Below, one piece after another: positions 56,119-64,000 of a DNA stretch of 64,000 nt. Position 1 is the stretch's first letter; every line of letters starts with the position of its first letter. The notes beneath the pieces were generated by a model. The model worked only from the letters and a program-made list of their open reading frames with translations. It made no database searches and was not told the DNA's origin. The position numbers and the translations under genes were made by a program. Source of the stretch: an uncultured Dehalococcoidia bacterium (lineage in GTDB: Bacteria; Chloroflexota; Dehalococcoidia; DSTF01; RBG-16-68-14); assembly GCA_964418365.1 (NCBI GenBank), contig CAYQLM010000003.1:150-64149 (forward strand), read 5' to 3'.

Positions 56119-57054
56119 TCAACGCTCCGACGTTACTCGCGCCGAGGCCGGCGCGCCGGCGCCGCCCGTCTGCTCCTCCACCTCGGGGCGCACGAGCAAC
56201 ACCGGCGCGCTGCTCTGCAGCATGCGGTCGGCCACGCTGCCCAGCGCCGCGCGCCCCACGCCAGCCCGGCAATGCGATGACATAACGACAAGATCGATGG
56301 CTTCATCCGCCACGAAGTCGATGAGCGTTTGGGCGGGCGGGCCTCGCAAGACGCGCGTCTTGGCCGGGCGCTCCAGGGACAGCCGCGACGCCGCACACGC
56401 GAGGGTTGCCTTGGCCGACTCCATGAGCTGCTCGTGGATCTGGTCGATTGAGCTCGCCGGCATATCCAGCATGAACGCTTGATTCGCCCACCAGATCACC
56501 TGCGCGAGCACGACCTCGGCGCCCGAGGATCTCGCGATCTCACCTGCAACCGGCAGCGCCGCTTCGGCCAGTGCTGAGCCGTCGAGAGGGACGAGAATAT
56601 GCCTGATAGCGCCAGCACGAGCGCTTGGCCCGGCCTTCGGGCCAATCAGCAGCGTGGACACTGTCGCGTCGTGCGCCATCCGGCTGGCCACGCTGCCGTA
56701 ATACCAGCGGGTCAGGCCGGACCGGCCATGTGTCGACATCACCAACAGCCGCGGCTGTACCTGCTCGATCGCCTCCAGGATCTCCTCCGCCGGCCGCCCG
56801 GCGCGCAGGTTTACCTCAGCCTTCACACTCTGCGATTCGATGCGTTTGGCAACCATGTCCAGATAGTTTCGAAAGCGCTCCTGCGCTTCGGCGCTCGCAT
56901 GAGTCGGGAAGAGATCGCTCGGCGGCTGCGGCTCAAGCACTCCCAGAACGACCACCTCCGTGTTCAGCGCCTTCGCCATCGCGCTCGCGTACGGGACGGC
57001 GGCCTCGGAGAGCTGCGAGCCGTCAAGCGCCACCAGAATTGGCGCTTCGTTCAT
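56119..57054 (-). CDS. Tandem universal stress protein (two UspA domains)
   Basis: Start at MNEAPILVALDGS with a GGAGGG RBS. Two USP domains, each with the ATP-binding G-x2-G-x9-G(S/T) region (MSTHGRSGLTRWYYGSVASRM; MSSHCRAGVGRAALGSVADRM). Confidence 0.8.
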   Translation of the reverse strand: MNEAPILVALDGSQLSEAAVPYASAMAKALNTEVVVLGVLEPQPPSDLFPTHASAEAQERFRNYLDMVAKRIESQSVKAEVNLRAGRPAEEILEAIEQVQPRLLVMSTHGRSGLTRWYYGSVASRMAHDATVSTLLIGPKAGPSARAGAIRHILVPLDGSALAEAALPVAGEIARSSGAEVVLAQVIWWANQAFMLDMPASSIDQIHEQLMESAKATLACAASRLSLERPAKTRVLRGPPAQTLIDFVADEAIDLVVMSSHCRAGVGRAALGSVADRMLQSSAPVLLVRPEVEEQTGGAGAPASARVTSER

Positions 57055-57481
57055 CGTCGCCCTCCCTTCCACCTCGGCTTTTCGGCTGCTCGCGGTCGGC
57101 CAGAAGATTCGTGCCGCTGTCTGGCGCCGCGAGACGAGACAGCTCCTCCGCGAGCCGCCGCGTGTCCACATGGCGGAGCAAATAGTTCGAGACGCCAGCC
57201 GCTTGCAGATCGCTCCAGTGCTCGCGCGTCATGAACGACGTGAGGACGACAAGCGGTGAGGGAAACATGCTCCTCAGCTCCCGGCAGAGCTCGCGCTCAC
57301 TGCCGTCGTCTTCGTGCAAATCGAGCAGGATCAAGTCCGGGCGCCGGTCCGTGAAGCTCCGCGCCTCACTCGCTCCCTGCACCGCCCCGACGAGATCGAC
57401 CTCGCTGCTCCGGCTCAGGCGTTGGGCGAGGCTCGCGCGCGCGTCATCGTGGGCCGCCACAAGCAGCACCCGGACGCTCAT
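57023..57481 (-). CDS. Single-domain response regulator receiver (CheY-like)
   Basis: 152 aa. VLLVAAHDDA, phospho-acceptor region DLILLDLHEDDGS, LVVLTS. ATGA overlap with the upstream USP gene. Confidence 0.6.
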   Translation of the reverse strand: MSVRVLLVAAHDDARASLAQRLSRSSEVDLVGAVQGASEARSFTDRRPDLILLDLHEDDGSERELCRELRSMFPSPLVVLTSFMTREHWSDLQAAGVSNYLLRHVDTRRLAEELSRLAAPDSGTNLLADREQPKSRGGREGDDERSANSGGA

Positions 57482-58017
57482 GCAGCGCCGCCTTCCGCAC
57501 GATGCCCCTTCGGCCGGACGACCAGCACAGGCGCAACGCCACTCCTGATCACCGCCGCGGTGACGCTGCCCTGGATCACATCCCGCAGGCCCGAGCGCCC
57601 ATGCGTGGCCATGACAATCGCATCGAACGCTCCTTGCCGGGCGAACTCGATGATTGCCTCCGCCGGCGCGCCGAAGTGGACGCTGTGCGCCACCCGAGCG
57701 CCGGAGTCCTTGAGCGGGCGGCCCAGGTCTGCCAGATATTCGAGCAGCTCGTGCTCCCGCCGCTCGATCGCCTGACCGGGGTCCTCGGCATACGCCGGCG
57801 GCGCGGCTTCCAGCACGCCCCGGGCCTGTCCGGTCACGCCAGAAATCGCTACAGGCCGGCTCGGTCCCTTGCGCGGCCGGTCAGTTCCCTTCGGCCGTTG
57901 CCCGACGCTGAACAGCGTCACCTCCGCCTCCGTACCTTCGATCAGCTGCCTCACGACTGGCAGGGCAGCCTCTGAGAGCTTTGATCCGTCTAGCGGCACT
58001 AACAAACTTTTGAACAT
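57478..58017 (-). CDS. Universal stress protein (UspA family)
   Basis: 179 aa. LLVPLDGSKLSEAALP...IVMATHGRSGLRDVIQGSVTAAVIRSGVAPVLVV. Confidence 0.8.
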   Translation of the reverse strand: MFKSLLVPLDGSKLSEAALPVVRQLIEGTEAEVTLFSVGQRPKGTDRPRKGPSRPVAISGVTGQARGVLEAAPPAYAEDPGQAIERREHELLEYLADLGRPLKDSGARVAHSVHFGAPAEAIIEFARQGAFDAIVMATHGRSGLRDVIQGSVTAAVIRSGVAPVLVVRPKGHRAEGGAA

Positions 58018-58270
58018 GGCGCCGATAAACCTCCTCTATGAGCCTACGGCCCGCGACACAGCGGCTCCCAGGCCCGAAGCGCCCAAGGATTGGGGGCCGT
58101 TAGGCCCCTCTTCGGCGTGCCGCATCGACCGGCCGCGCCCTGGGCGGAGACGCAGCGACGAATTGGGGCTGTCCGGCCCAGGATGAGAGTCCGATGGGCT
58201 CTTACCTGGCTGCCCGGCGGCGGCGTAGAGTGGTGATATAGACAAGCGAAACGCACGAAAGAGGACGACA

Positions 58271-59025
58271 ATGAACGAGCTCCACGGCAAGGTCGCCATC
58301 ATCACTGGAGCGTCGTCGGGCATCGGACGGTCGGCGGCCGAGTTGTTCGCGGCCGAAGGCGCCGTGGTCATCGCGGCGGACGTTCACGACGCGGAGGGGC
58401 AGCAGCTCGCCGACGAGCTGGCGAAGAAGGATTGCACGTGCACCTTCGTCCACGCCGATGTCTCGAACGAGTCGGATGTCGAGGCGATGGTCCATCTGGC
58501 GCTCAGCCAGTACGGCCGCCTCGATGTGTTGTTCAACAATGCCGGCATCGAAGGCGAACAGGCCCCCACGGCTGACGCGACCATCGACAACTGGGAGCGC
58601 GTCATCGCCGTCAACCTCAAGAGCGTGTTCCTGGGGATGAAGTACGCCATTCCGGCGATGCTGCAGCACGGCGGCGGAGCGATTGTCAACAACGCGTCGG
58701 TCGCTGGTCTCGTCGGATTTCCGGGCATCCCCGCGTATTGCGCATCCAAGGGTGGCGTGGTGCAGCTCACGCGCACCGCGGCGCTCGAGTACGCGACGCA
58801 GGGCATTCGTGTGAACTGTCTCTGCCCGGGCGTGATCGACACACCGATGGTCGAACGCTTCACGCACGATAACCCGGAAGCTGTCGCCCAGCTCACACAG
58901 ACCGAGCCGGTCGGAAGGTTCGGCCGGCCGCAGGAAGTGGCTCAGCTCGCGCTCTTCCTGGCGACCGAGCGTCATTCATCACCGGAGCAGTCATCCCAGT
59001 CGATGGAGGGTTTGTTGCGCGTTAG
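58271..59025 (+). pseudogene. Short-chain dehydrogenase/reductase with a single-nucleotide frameshift near codon 233
   Basis: TGASSGIGRSAAE, NNAG, catalytic S...YCASK, then LFLATER. The frame breaks at ~58970. The -1 frame continues SFITGAVIPVDGGFVAR to a stop at 59023-59025, the canonical SDR C-terminus. The ORF-track extension to 59452 is out of frame. Confidence 0.6.
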
Positions 59026-59045
59026 CGCGGAAAGGAGGCGGGGAA

Positions 59046-59273
59046 ATGAAAACGCTGGTCCTCCCGCCCAAAAGGCCGGAACGCAAAGCCGCGCTGTTGT
59101 TCGCGGCCTGTCCGAAGTGCCACGTAGGCGATCTGTCGATCCTTCTGGTCGGCGGCGAATATTTGGCAGCCTGCGTTCAGTGCAAGCATGTCGGCGTGCT
59201 GTGCAGCGTCTATCCGCCGCCGGATCGACAGACGAGCGCGTTAGGCAGCACCGCGAACACGCTCCGCCGCTAG
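59046..59273 (+). CDS. Small zinc-ribbon-like protein (CxxC...CxxC)
   Basis: 75 aa. Strong AGGAGG RBS at 59034-59040. CPKCHVG...CVQCKHVG. Confidence 0.4.
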   Translation: MKTLVLPPKRPERKAALLFAACPKCHVGDLSILLVGGEYLAACVQCKHVGVLCSVYPPPDRQTSALGSTANTLRR

Positions 59274-59338
59274 GCGATATCGTGTCGACAGGCGCCATAC
59301 CAAGTCAGCGCTGCCAGCGCTCGGACGGCGCGTTCCGG

Positions 59339-59745
59339 TTAGGGGTACACCGGCACGCGCGCCTCATCGAGCATGTCCCGCGCGCGGCTAACGGCGCCAC
59401 CGCCCATAAACACACCCAGCAGCGGTTTCTGTTGCTCGCGCGCCATGTATGAGATCACGCGGGCGGTGCGCTCGGGCTCCGTCACACGTTGCGGGGTCAG
59501 CATCGCGATGACCGCGTCCACGGAGGGATCGCTGCACACGACCTCAGGCAGCTCTGACACGTTCGGAAAGCACTCGAGGCCAAGAATGCGCTCGGCGTTC
59601 GGGCTGACTGGGTAGAGCCTTCCTTGATAGCGCGCGCGTTGCAGGTTATCGAGAAGCACGTAGCCCAGCTTCTCCGGACTGCGCCGACAACGGCGATGCC
59701 GGCGGGGGCGAAGAAGCGATCCAGGTCAACCGTCATTTCATTCAC
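59339..59745 (-). pseudogene. CoA-binding domain protein (YccU/ACD N-terminal-like) with a single-nucleotide frameshift
   Basis: N-terminal frame (ORF 59497..59745) MNEMTVDLDRFFAPAGIAVVGA; frame breaks at ~59680 (ggcgcagtccgg). The -1 frame (ORF 59339..59659) continues SPEKLGYVLLDNLQRARYQGRLYPVSPNAERILGL...VDAVIAML. Confidence 0.5.
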
Positions 59746-59880
59746 TCTGAGCCCACTCTAGCCACAGAGATAGCTGCAGCCAACCGAGCGTCAGGACGGA
59801 CCTACAGCAAGTAGCTAACGCTACCGATAGTTGCCAGGGAACGCGATCCCGCCTTAGACTGGAACTACGCTGGTGAGAAG

Positions 59881-61074
59881 ATGGAAGACGTCCAGAGCAG
59901 ACGGGAGCGCGAGTTCAGCAATCTCCGCGACGAGAACCAGCGTCTGCGGCAGCGGCTCATTCTCCTCAGCGATCTCGGACGCCGGATCGCGTCTTCGCTC
60001 GAGTCAGATAAAGTACTCCAGGACGTGATCGACAGCGCATGCGAGCTTACGGATGCGCGCTACGGCGCGCTCGGCGTGTTCGATCGTCGCGGACAAATCG
60101 AGAAGTTCGCGACGCACGGCCTGTCGGACGAAGAGCGCGAACGCATCGGCAGCTTGCCGGAAGGCCTGGGCATCCTGGGCTGGCTGCACGACCTTCAGGA
60201 GCCACTGCGCCTGGGCGACCTGACGAAGCATCCGCGCTCAGTCGGCTTCCCGCCAAATCACCCGCCCATGCGGACCTTCCTTGGCGCGCCGGTCCGTCAC
60301 AGCGACGAGGCCTTGGGCAATATCTATCTCACCGAGAAGGCCAACGGCGCAGACTTTACCCCGGAAGACGAGAGCTTGCTCGTTCTGTTCGCTGCCCAGG
60401 CGGCCATGGCGATCCGCAACTCACAACTGTACCGGCAAGTGCAGGACTTCGTCGCGTTGGAAGAGCGCGAGCGGATCGGGATGGACCTGCACGACGGCGT
60501 CATCCAGTCCCTCTACGCAACCGGCCTCAAGCTGGAGAGCTGCCTGGAGGATGTCAAAGTCAACCCGGATGTCGTCGCGCCAGAGCTCGAGAAGGCGGTC
60601 GATCAGCTCAACCAGGTGATCTCGGACATCCGGAGCTACATCTTCCAGCTCCGGCCCGGCATGCTCGCCGATGCGGACCTCGCCGGCGCCATCGGCGGGC
60701 TGCTTCGCCACCTGCAGGTGAACGCGCTCCTGAATGTGAAGCTCGTCGAGGACCCGGGCGCCTGTCAAACCCTGACCGAAGAGCAGACCAACACGCTCTT
60801 TCTCATCGCGCAGGAGGCGTTGACCAACGTTCGCAAGCACGCGCAGGCGTCGCAGGTGAGCGCTCACCTCGCGCAGCGGAACGGCTCGTTCAAGATGACG
60901 ATCACGGATGACGGCATCGGCTTCGATCCCGCGACGCCGCCGTCGGGACAAGGGCTCCGCAACATGCGTGAACGCGTCGAGAAGCTGGGCGGCACACTGA
61001 GCGTCTATTCGGCGGACGGGCATGGCTCGAACGTTGTTGTTACCATTCCGGTTGCCGTCCACAGGAGCGCGTGA
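59881..61074 (+). CDS. GAF-domain sensor histidine kinase (HisKA_3/NarL-type; DevS/DosT-like)
   Basis: 397 aa. N-terminal GAF (ARYGALGVFDR...LGNIYLTEK). HisKA_3 with phospho-His ERERIGMDLHDGVIQSL. HATPase N-box LIAQEALTNVRKHA and G-box DDGIGFD...GQGLRNMRERVE. Confidence 0.85.
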   Translation: MEDVQSRREREFSNLRDENQRLRQRLILLSDLGRRIASSLESDKVLQDVIDSACELTDARYGALGVFDRRGQIEKFATHGLSDEERERIGSLPEGLGILGWLHDLQEPLRLGDLTKHPRSVGFPPNHPPMRTFLGAPVRHSDEALGNIYLTEKANGADFTPEDESLLVLFAAQAAMAIRNSQLYRQVQDFVALEERERIGMDLHDGVIQSLYATGLKLESCLEDVKVNPDVVAPELEKAVDQLNQVISDIRSYIFQLRPGMLADADLAGAIGGLLRHLQVNALLNVKLVEDPGACQTLTEEQTNTLFLIAQEALTNVRKHAQASQVSAHLAQRNGSFKMTITDDGIGFDPATPPSGQGLRNMRERVEKLGGTLSVYSADGHGSNVVVTIPVAVHRSA

Positions 61075-61733
61075 TGCCCGATCCAGTCAGGGTGATGATC
61101 GTCGACGACCACGACGTGGTGCGCGAGGGGCTGCGCGCGCTCGTGCAAAGGCGTTCTCAGTTCGCCCTCGTCGGCGAGGCCGATTCGGTTGCATCGGCGA
61201 TCAAGGAGGCCCAGCGCGCGGTCCCGGACATCATCATTATGGACGTCAGGCTGCCCGACGGAAGCGGTATCGAGGCCTGCCGCGAGATCCGCGCCCTGTT
61301 GCCTGAGACACGCGTGCTCATGCTCACTTCGTACGCGGACGATGAGGCTGTACTCGCCTCGATCATGGCCGGAGCGAGCGGGTACTTGCTCAAGCAAACC
61401 AAAGGCCAGGAGCTTGTGCGGGCCATCGAGCGGGTTGCGGGCGGCGAGTCGCTTCTCGATCCGACGGTGACGAGCCACGTGCTGGAGCGCCTGCGCAGCG
61501 GCGCCACGGCGAAGGACGACGAGCTTTCGCTCTTGTCCGAGCAAGAGCAGCGCATCCTCGACCTCATCGCGGACGGCAAGACGAACAAGGAGATCGCGCA
61601 AGAAGTCTTCCTGAGCGACAAGACGGTGAAGAACTATGTCAGCAGTATCCTCAGCAAGCTCAACCTCCGGCGCCGCTCCGAGGCGGCGGCCTTCATCGCG
61701 CGCAAGCGTTCGCCCGGCAACACCCCGGGGTAG
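61071..61733 (+). CDS. NarL/LuxR-family response regulator (DevR/DosR-like)
   Basis: 220 aa. Receiver VMIVDDHDVVREGL...IIIMDVRLPDGSG. C-terminal LuxR HTH LSEQEQRILDLIADGKTNKEIAQEVFLSDKTVKNYVSSILSKL. ATGA overlap with the kinase gene. Confidence 0.85.
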   Translation: MMPDPVRVMIVDDHDVVREGLRALVQRRSQFALVGEADSVASAIKEAQRAVPDIIIMDVRLPDGSGIEACREIRALLPETRVLMLTSYADDEAVLASIMAGASGYLLKQTKGQELVRAIERVAGGESLLDPTVTSHVLERLRSGATAKDDELSLLSEQEQRILDLIADGKTNKEIAQEVFLSDKTVKNYVSSILSKLNLRRRSEAAAFIARKRSPGNTPG

Positions 61734-61869
61734 TCCGGCAGCTCTTTCCCAATCCCTGCCGAGCGTTGATGCCGTACTCTCTATCGACACGCCCTTGATC
61801 TCGCAGGCCAAAGCTCTGCTAGGCTTAACATGCGAGGTCGATCGTCAAGCCGTGCAGGAGGTGTGCCCC

Positions 61870-62445
61870 GTGACCAAGCTCGTTCGCCCCATGTTCGTGA
61901 TCGCCGGACTCGTGATGCTGGCCTTGGGCCTGTTCGCCTCGGCCGGCCCGGCCGCCGCGACAACAACCACGATCCCCGTCGGCGATTTCTACTTCTGCAG
62001 CTCGTCGTTCGACGGCGGCAACTGCCAGACCACAATCCACGCCGGCGACACCGTCGTCTGGGACTTCAGCAGCGGGAAATCGACGCACACCACGACGTCC
62101 GACACGGCGCTCTGGAACTCGGGCAATCTGAACGGCGGCACGTTCCAGTTCACGTTCACGCAGGCCGGCACATTCGCATATCACTGCAACGTCCACGCCG
62201 ACGAGATGAAGGGGACGATCATCGTGGAGGCCGCCGCCGCTCCGACGGCGACGCTCATTACGAGTGGCACGTTCCCTATCGCAACGTTACCTGCTACCTC
62301 GACTCCGAGTGGCGGCGCACTGCCAGGCTCAGGCTCCGGTCCGCAGCCACCCGGCTCGACCAACTGGTGGCTGCTCGGCGCGTTGAGCATCGCAGGTGCC
62401 GCGCTCACGGGCGCCGGCCTCGCGTACGCCAGGCGCCAGCTATAG
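61870..62445 (+). CDS. Membrane-anchored cupredoxin (plastocyanin/amicyanin-like blue copper protein)
   Basis: GTG start with an AGGAGG RBS 8 nt upstream. Signal peptide. YHCNVHADEMKGTIIV (C-x2-H-x3-M type-1 Cu site) with an upstream His in STHTT. Pro/Thr/Gly-rich linker and a C-terminal TM helix WWLLGALSIAGAALTGAGLAYARR. Confidence 0.7.
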   Translation: MTKLVRPMFVIAGLVMLALGLFASAGPAAATTTTIPVGDFYFCSSSFDGGNCQTTIHAGDTVVWDFSSGKSTHTTTSDTALWNSGNLNGGTFQFTFTQAGTFAYHCNVHADEMKGTIIVEAAAAPTATLITSGTFPIATLPATSTPSGGALPGSGSGPQPPGSTNWWLLGALSIAGAALTGAGLAYARRQL

Positions 62446-62521
62446 GCCCGACCTTCCCGCCGACAATCGTAAGGGGCGTTCGACTGAACATCCCTACTCG
62501 TCGAATCTAGCGAATTGCTCG

Positions 62522-63217
62522 CTACGCGGGAGAGCCTGCCCTTTCGAGGCTACGCTCACGCACGCGGACGCACTCGGCCGAAGGGAGCCCCAGCACAACG
62601 CGCTCGCCGTTCACGTCGATCGTCATCGTCGAGTTGAACGAAGCGAACTCCAGCACACGGATGCGGGTGCCCGGCGTCATGCCGTTCCGCTGGAGGAAGC
62701 GCATCAGGTCCGCGTCTTCCTCCGCCTCCTCTTGCACGCCATCGATGTCCGCCTCGTCGCCTTCGCGCAGCGTTGACATCAGGACCGTCGCCGGGCGCGG
62801 GAGGCCGGGGAAGGGGTTGCCGTGCGGGCAGGTCGTCGGGTTGCCGAGCAGCGCCATGATGCGTTCCTCCACCGCGGGCGAGACCGCGTGCTCGATGCGA
62901 TGCGCTTCCACATGGGCATCGGCCCAGTCCATGCCGAGGATGTCGACGAGCAGGCGTTCGGCGAGGTAGTGGCGGCGTTTGATCGATTCCGCCGCCGCCG
63001 TTCCGCGTTCGGTTAGGTGGATGTCATGCCGGTCGCGTAGCTCGACCAGCTCATCGCGCTGCATGCGCTGGAGCGTCGCCCATGCCGTCGGCGCAGAGAC
63101 GCCGCTGCGCTCCGCCAGGCGCGCAGCGATGACCGTCTTGCCGTTCTGGCGCTGGTCGTAGATCTCCTGGAGATAGTCCTCGACGGTCGGCGTGGGGCGA
63201 TCGAGTTCGTGCTTCAT
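62522..63217 (-). CDS. DtxR/IdeR/MntR-family metal-dependent transcriptional regulator with C-terminal FeoA/SH3-like domain
   Basis: 231 aa. N-terminal wHTH TVEDYLQEIYDQRQNG...IAARLAERSGVSAPTAWATLQRM. Metal-site His/Glu/Cys region HRIEHAV...CPHGNPFP. C-terminal GTRIRVLEF. Confidence 0.85.
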   Translation of the reverse strand: MKHELDRPTPTVEDYLQEIYDQRQNGKTVIAARLAERSGVSAPTAWATLQRMQRDELVELRDRHDIHLTERGTAAAESIKRRHYLAERLLVDILGMDWADAHVEAHRIEHAVSPAVEERIMALLGNPTTCPHGNPFPGLPRPATVLMSTLREGDEADIDGVQEEAEEDADLMRFLQRNGMTPGTRIRVLEFASFNSTMTIDVNGERVVLGLPSAECVRVRERSLERAGSPA

Positions 63218-63374
63218 GGCGGGTGTCGGGGCGATTCGCAGCCTATTGTATCAGAAGTTCGAAGCTCGAGGCTCGAGGCTGGACATACGCCGCGTCTGTC
63301 GTTCTGAGCCCTTCGGCTTCGCTCAGGATAAACTCCGCGAAGAATCCGGCCCCGCAGCATGACCCATCGATTCC

Positions 63375-64000
63375 TCATAGTTCGACCGGCCTTCTTGTGG
63401 AGAATCTGTACAGCAGCGCCGGCCTCCCGGCGCCCTCCGCCTGTCGCTCTGACGTCGGCTCGATGATCTCGCGCGAGAGCATGCGCTTGCGGAAGTTGCG
63501 CTTGTCAAGCTTCTTGCCGGCGATGGTCTCGTACACGCGTTGGAGCTGGCTCAGCGTGAAGCGGCCCGGCAGCAGGCTGTAGGCGACGTTGGTGTACTCG
63601 AGCTTGTTGCGCAGGCGCTCCAACGCGTACTCCAGCACGGTCTTGTTTCTGAAGGCCAGCGCCGGCAGCGATCTCATGCTGAACCAGTCGGGTTGCCACA
63701 CGGCGCGCTCGGCGAGCCGGACGCGCGTATGGTCGACGAGCGCGAAGTAGGTCACGGCGACCGCGCCGCCCGGCGTCGCATCGTCCAAGTCGTTGAACGT
63801 GTAGAGCTGCTCGAGGTAGACGTCCTGCACGCCCGTCTCGTCGACGAGCTTGCGCACCGCGGCGTCGACGAGCGCTTCGCCGGCGCGCAGCAGCCCGCCC
63901 GGGATCGCCCACAGCCCCTCCTGCGGCGGCGCACTGCGGTGGATCAGCAGCACCCGCAGCTCGCCGTCGACCACCGTGAAGATGACGACAACCACGGCGA
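63375..64000 (-). CDS. Nudix hydrolase domain protein with C-terminal winged-helix domain (NrtR-like); 5' end may extend beyond the window
   Basis: Nudix box GLWAIPGGLLRAGEALVDAAVRKLVDETGV (GX5EX7REUXEEXGU-like). C-terminal ~90 aa resemble the NrtR DNA-binding domain. The ORF touches the window edge. Confidence 0.65.
   Translation of the reverse strand, partial: AVVVVIFTVVDGELRVLLIHRSAPPQEGLWAIPGGLLRAGEALVDAAVRKLVDETGVQDVYLEQLYTFNDLDDATPGGAVAVTYFALVDHTRVRLAERAVWQPDWFSMRSLPALAFRNKTVLEYALERLRNKLEYTNVAYSLLPGRFTLSQLQRVYETIAGKKLDKRNFRKRMLSREIIEPTSERQAEGAGRPALLYRFSTRRPVEL

Noticed and set aside
59339-59745. Annotating the 106-aa and 82-aa minus ORFs as two separate small proteins
   Set aside because: Together they reconstitute one YccU-like CoA-binding domain across a 1-nt frame change, so they are reported as a single frameshifted gene.

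Overview
This is a high-GC (roughly 68-70% by eye) bacterial chromosomal segment of about 60 genes, with short intergenic gaps and many ATGA/TAATG start-stop overlaps. Codon usage and the lipobox lipoproteins suggest a monoderm-type high-GC lineage, possibly Chloroflexota/Thermomicrobia-like or Actinomycetota-like, but the sequence alone does not settle this.

The dominant feature is a roughly 39-kb cell-envelope glycan biosynthesis supercluster (about 919..40065) in three operon blocks: minus 3723..12058, plus 12355..24738, minus 24843..40065.
- Five polytopic GT-C-fold membrane glycosyltransferase candidates, three sharing a [D/E]-E-S-x-I-(I)-N-G first-loop motif, two of them a tandem paralog pair.
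- Two GtrB/Ppm1-like polyprenol-phosphate sugar synthases.
- Four soluble GT2/GT4 glycosyltransferases, plus three paralogous GT-B glycosyltransferases.
- A Wzx-like flippase and a Wzm/Wzt ABC exporter.
- Four SAM methyltransferases, a frameshifted sulfotransferase, an acyltransferase-3, an LbH acetyltransferase, and an HprK-like P-loop kinase.
- RmlC-like, RmlD-like and epimerase/dehydratase sugar-nucleotide enzymes, a WecC-like dehydrogenase, and YvcK.

Downstream of the cluster:
- A crotonase gene whose 3' end is duplicated on both sides of an inserted spermidine-synthase-like fused membrane protein.
- A two-domain cupredoxin lipoprotein.
- tRNA-Arg(CCT) followed by a roughly 7-kb segment ending in a degenerate copy of the tRNA 3' end. 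It holds a gene fragment, a 1230-aa BNR-repeat secreted protein with a dockerin-like tail, and a lipoprotein hydrolase.
- A DosR/DevS-like module: GAF histidine kinase, NarL-type regulator, three USP domains, an orphan receiver and a permease.
- A second cupredoxin, a DtxR-family regulator and a partial Nudix/NrtR gene.

Three genes (sulfotransferase, an SDR, a CoA-binding protein) carry single-nucleotide frameshifts. No CRISPR array, integrase, transposase or rRNA was found.
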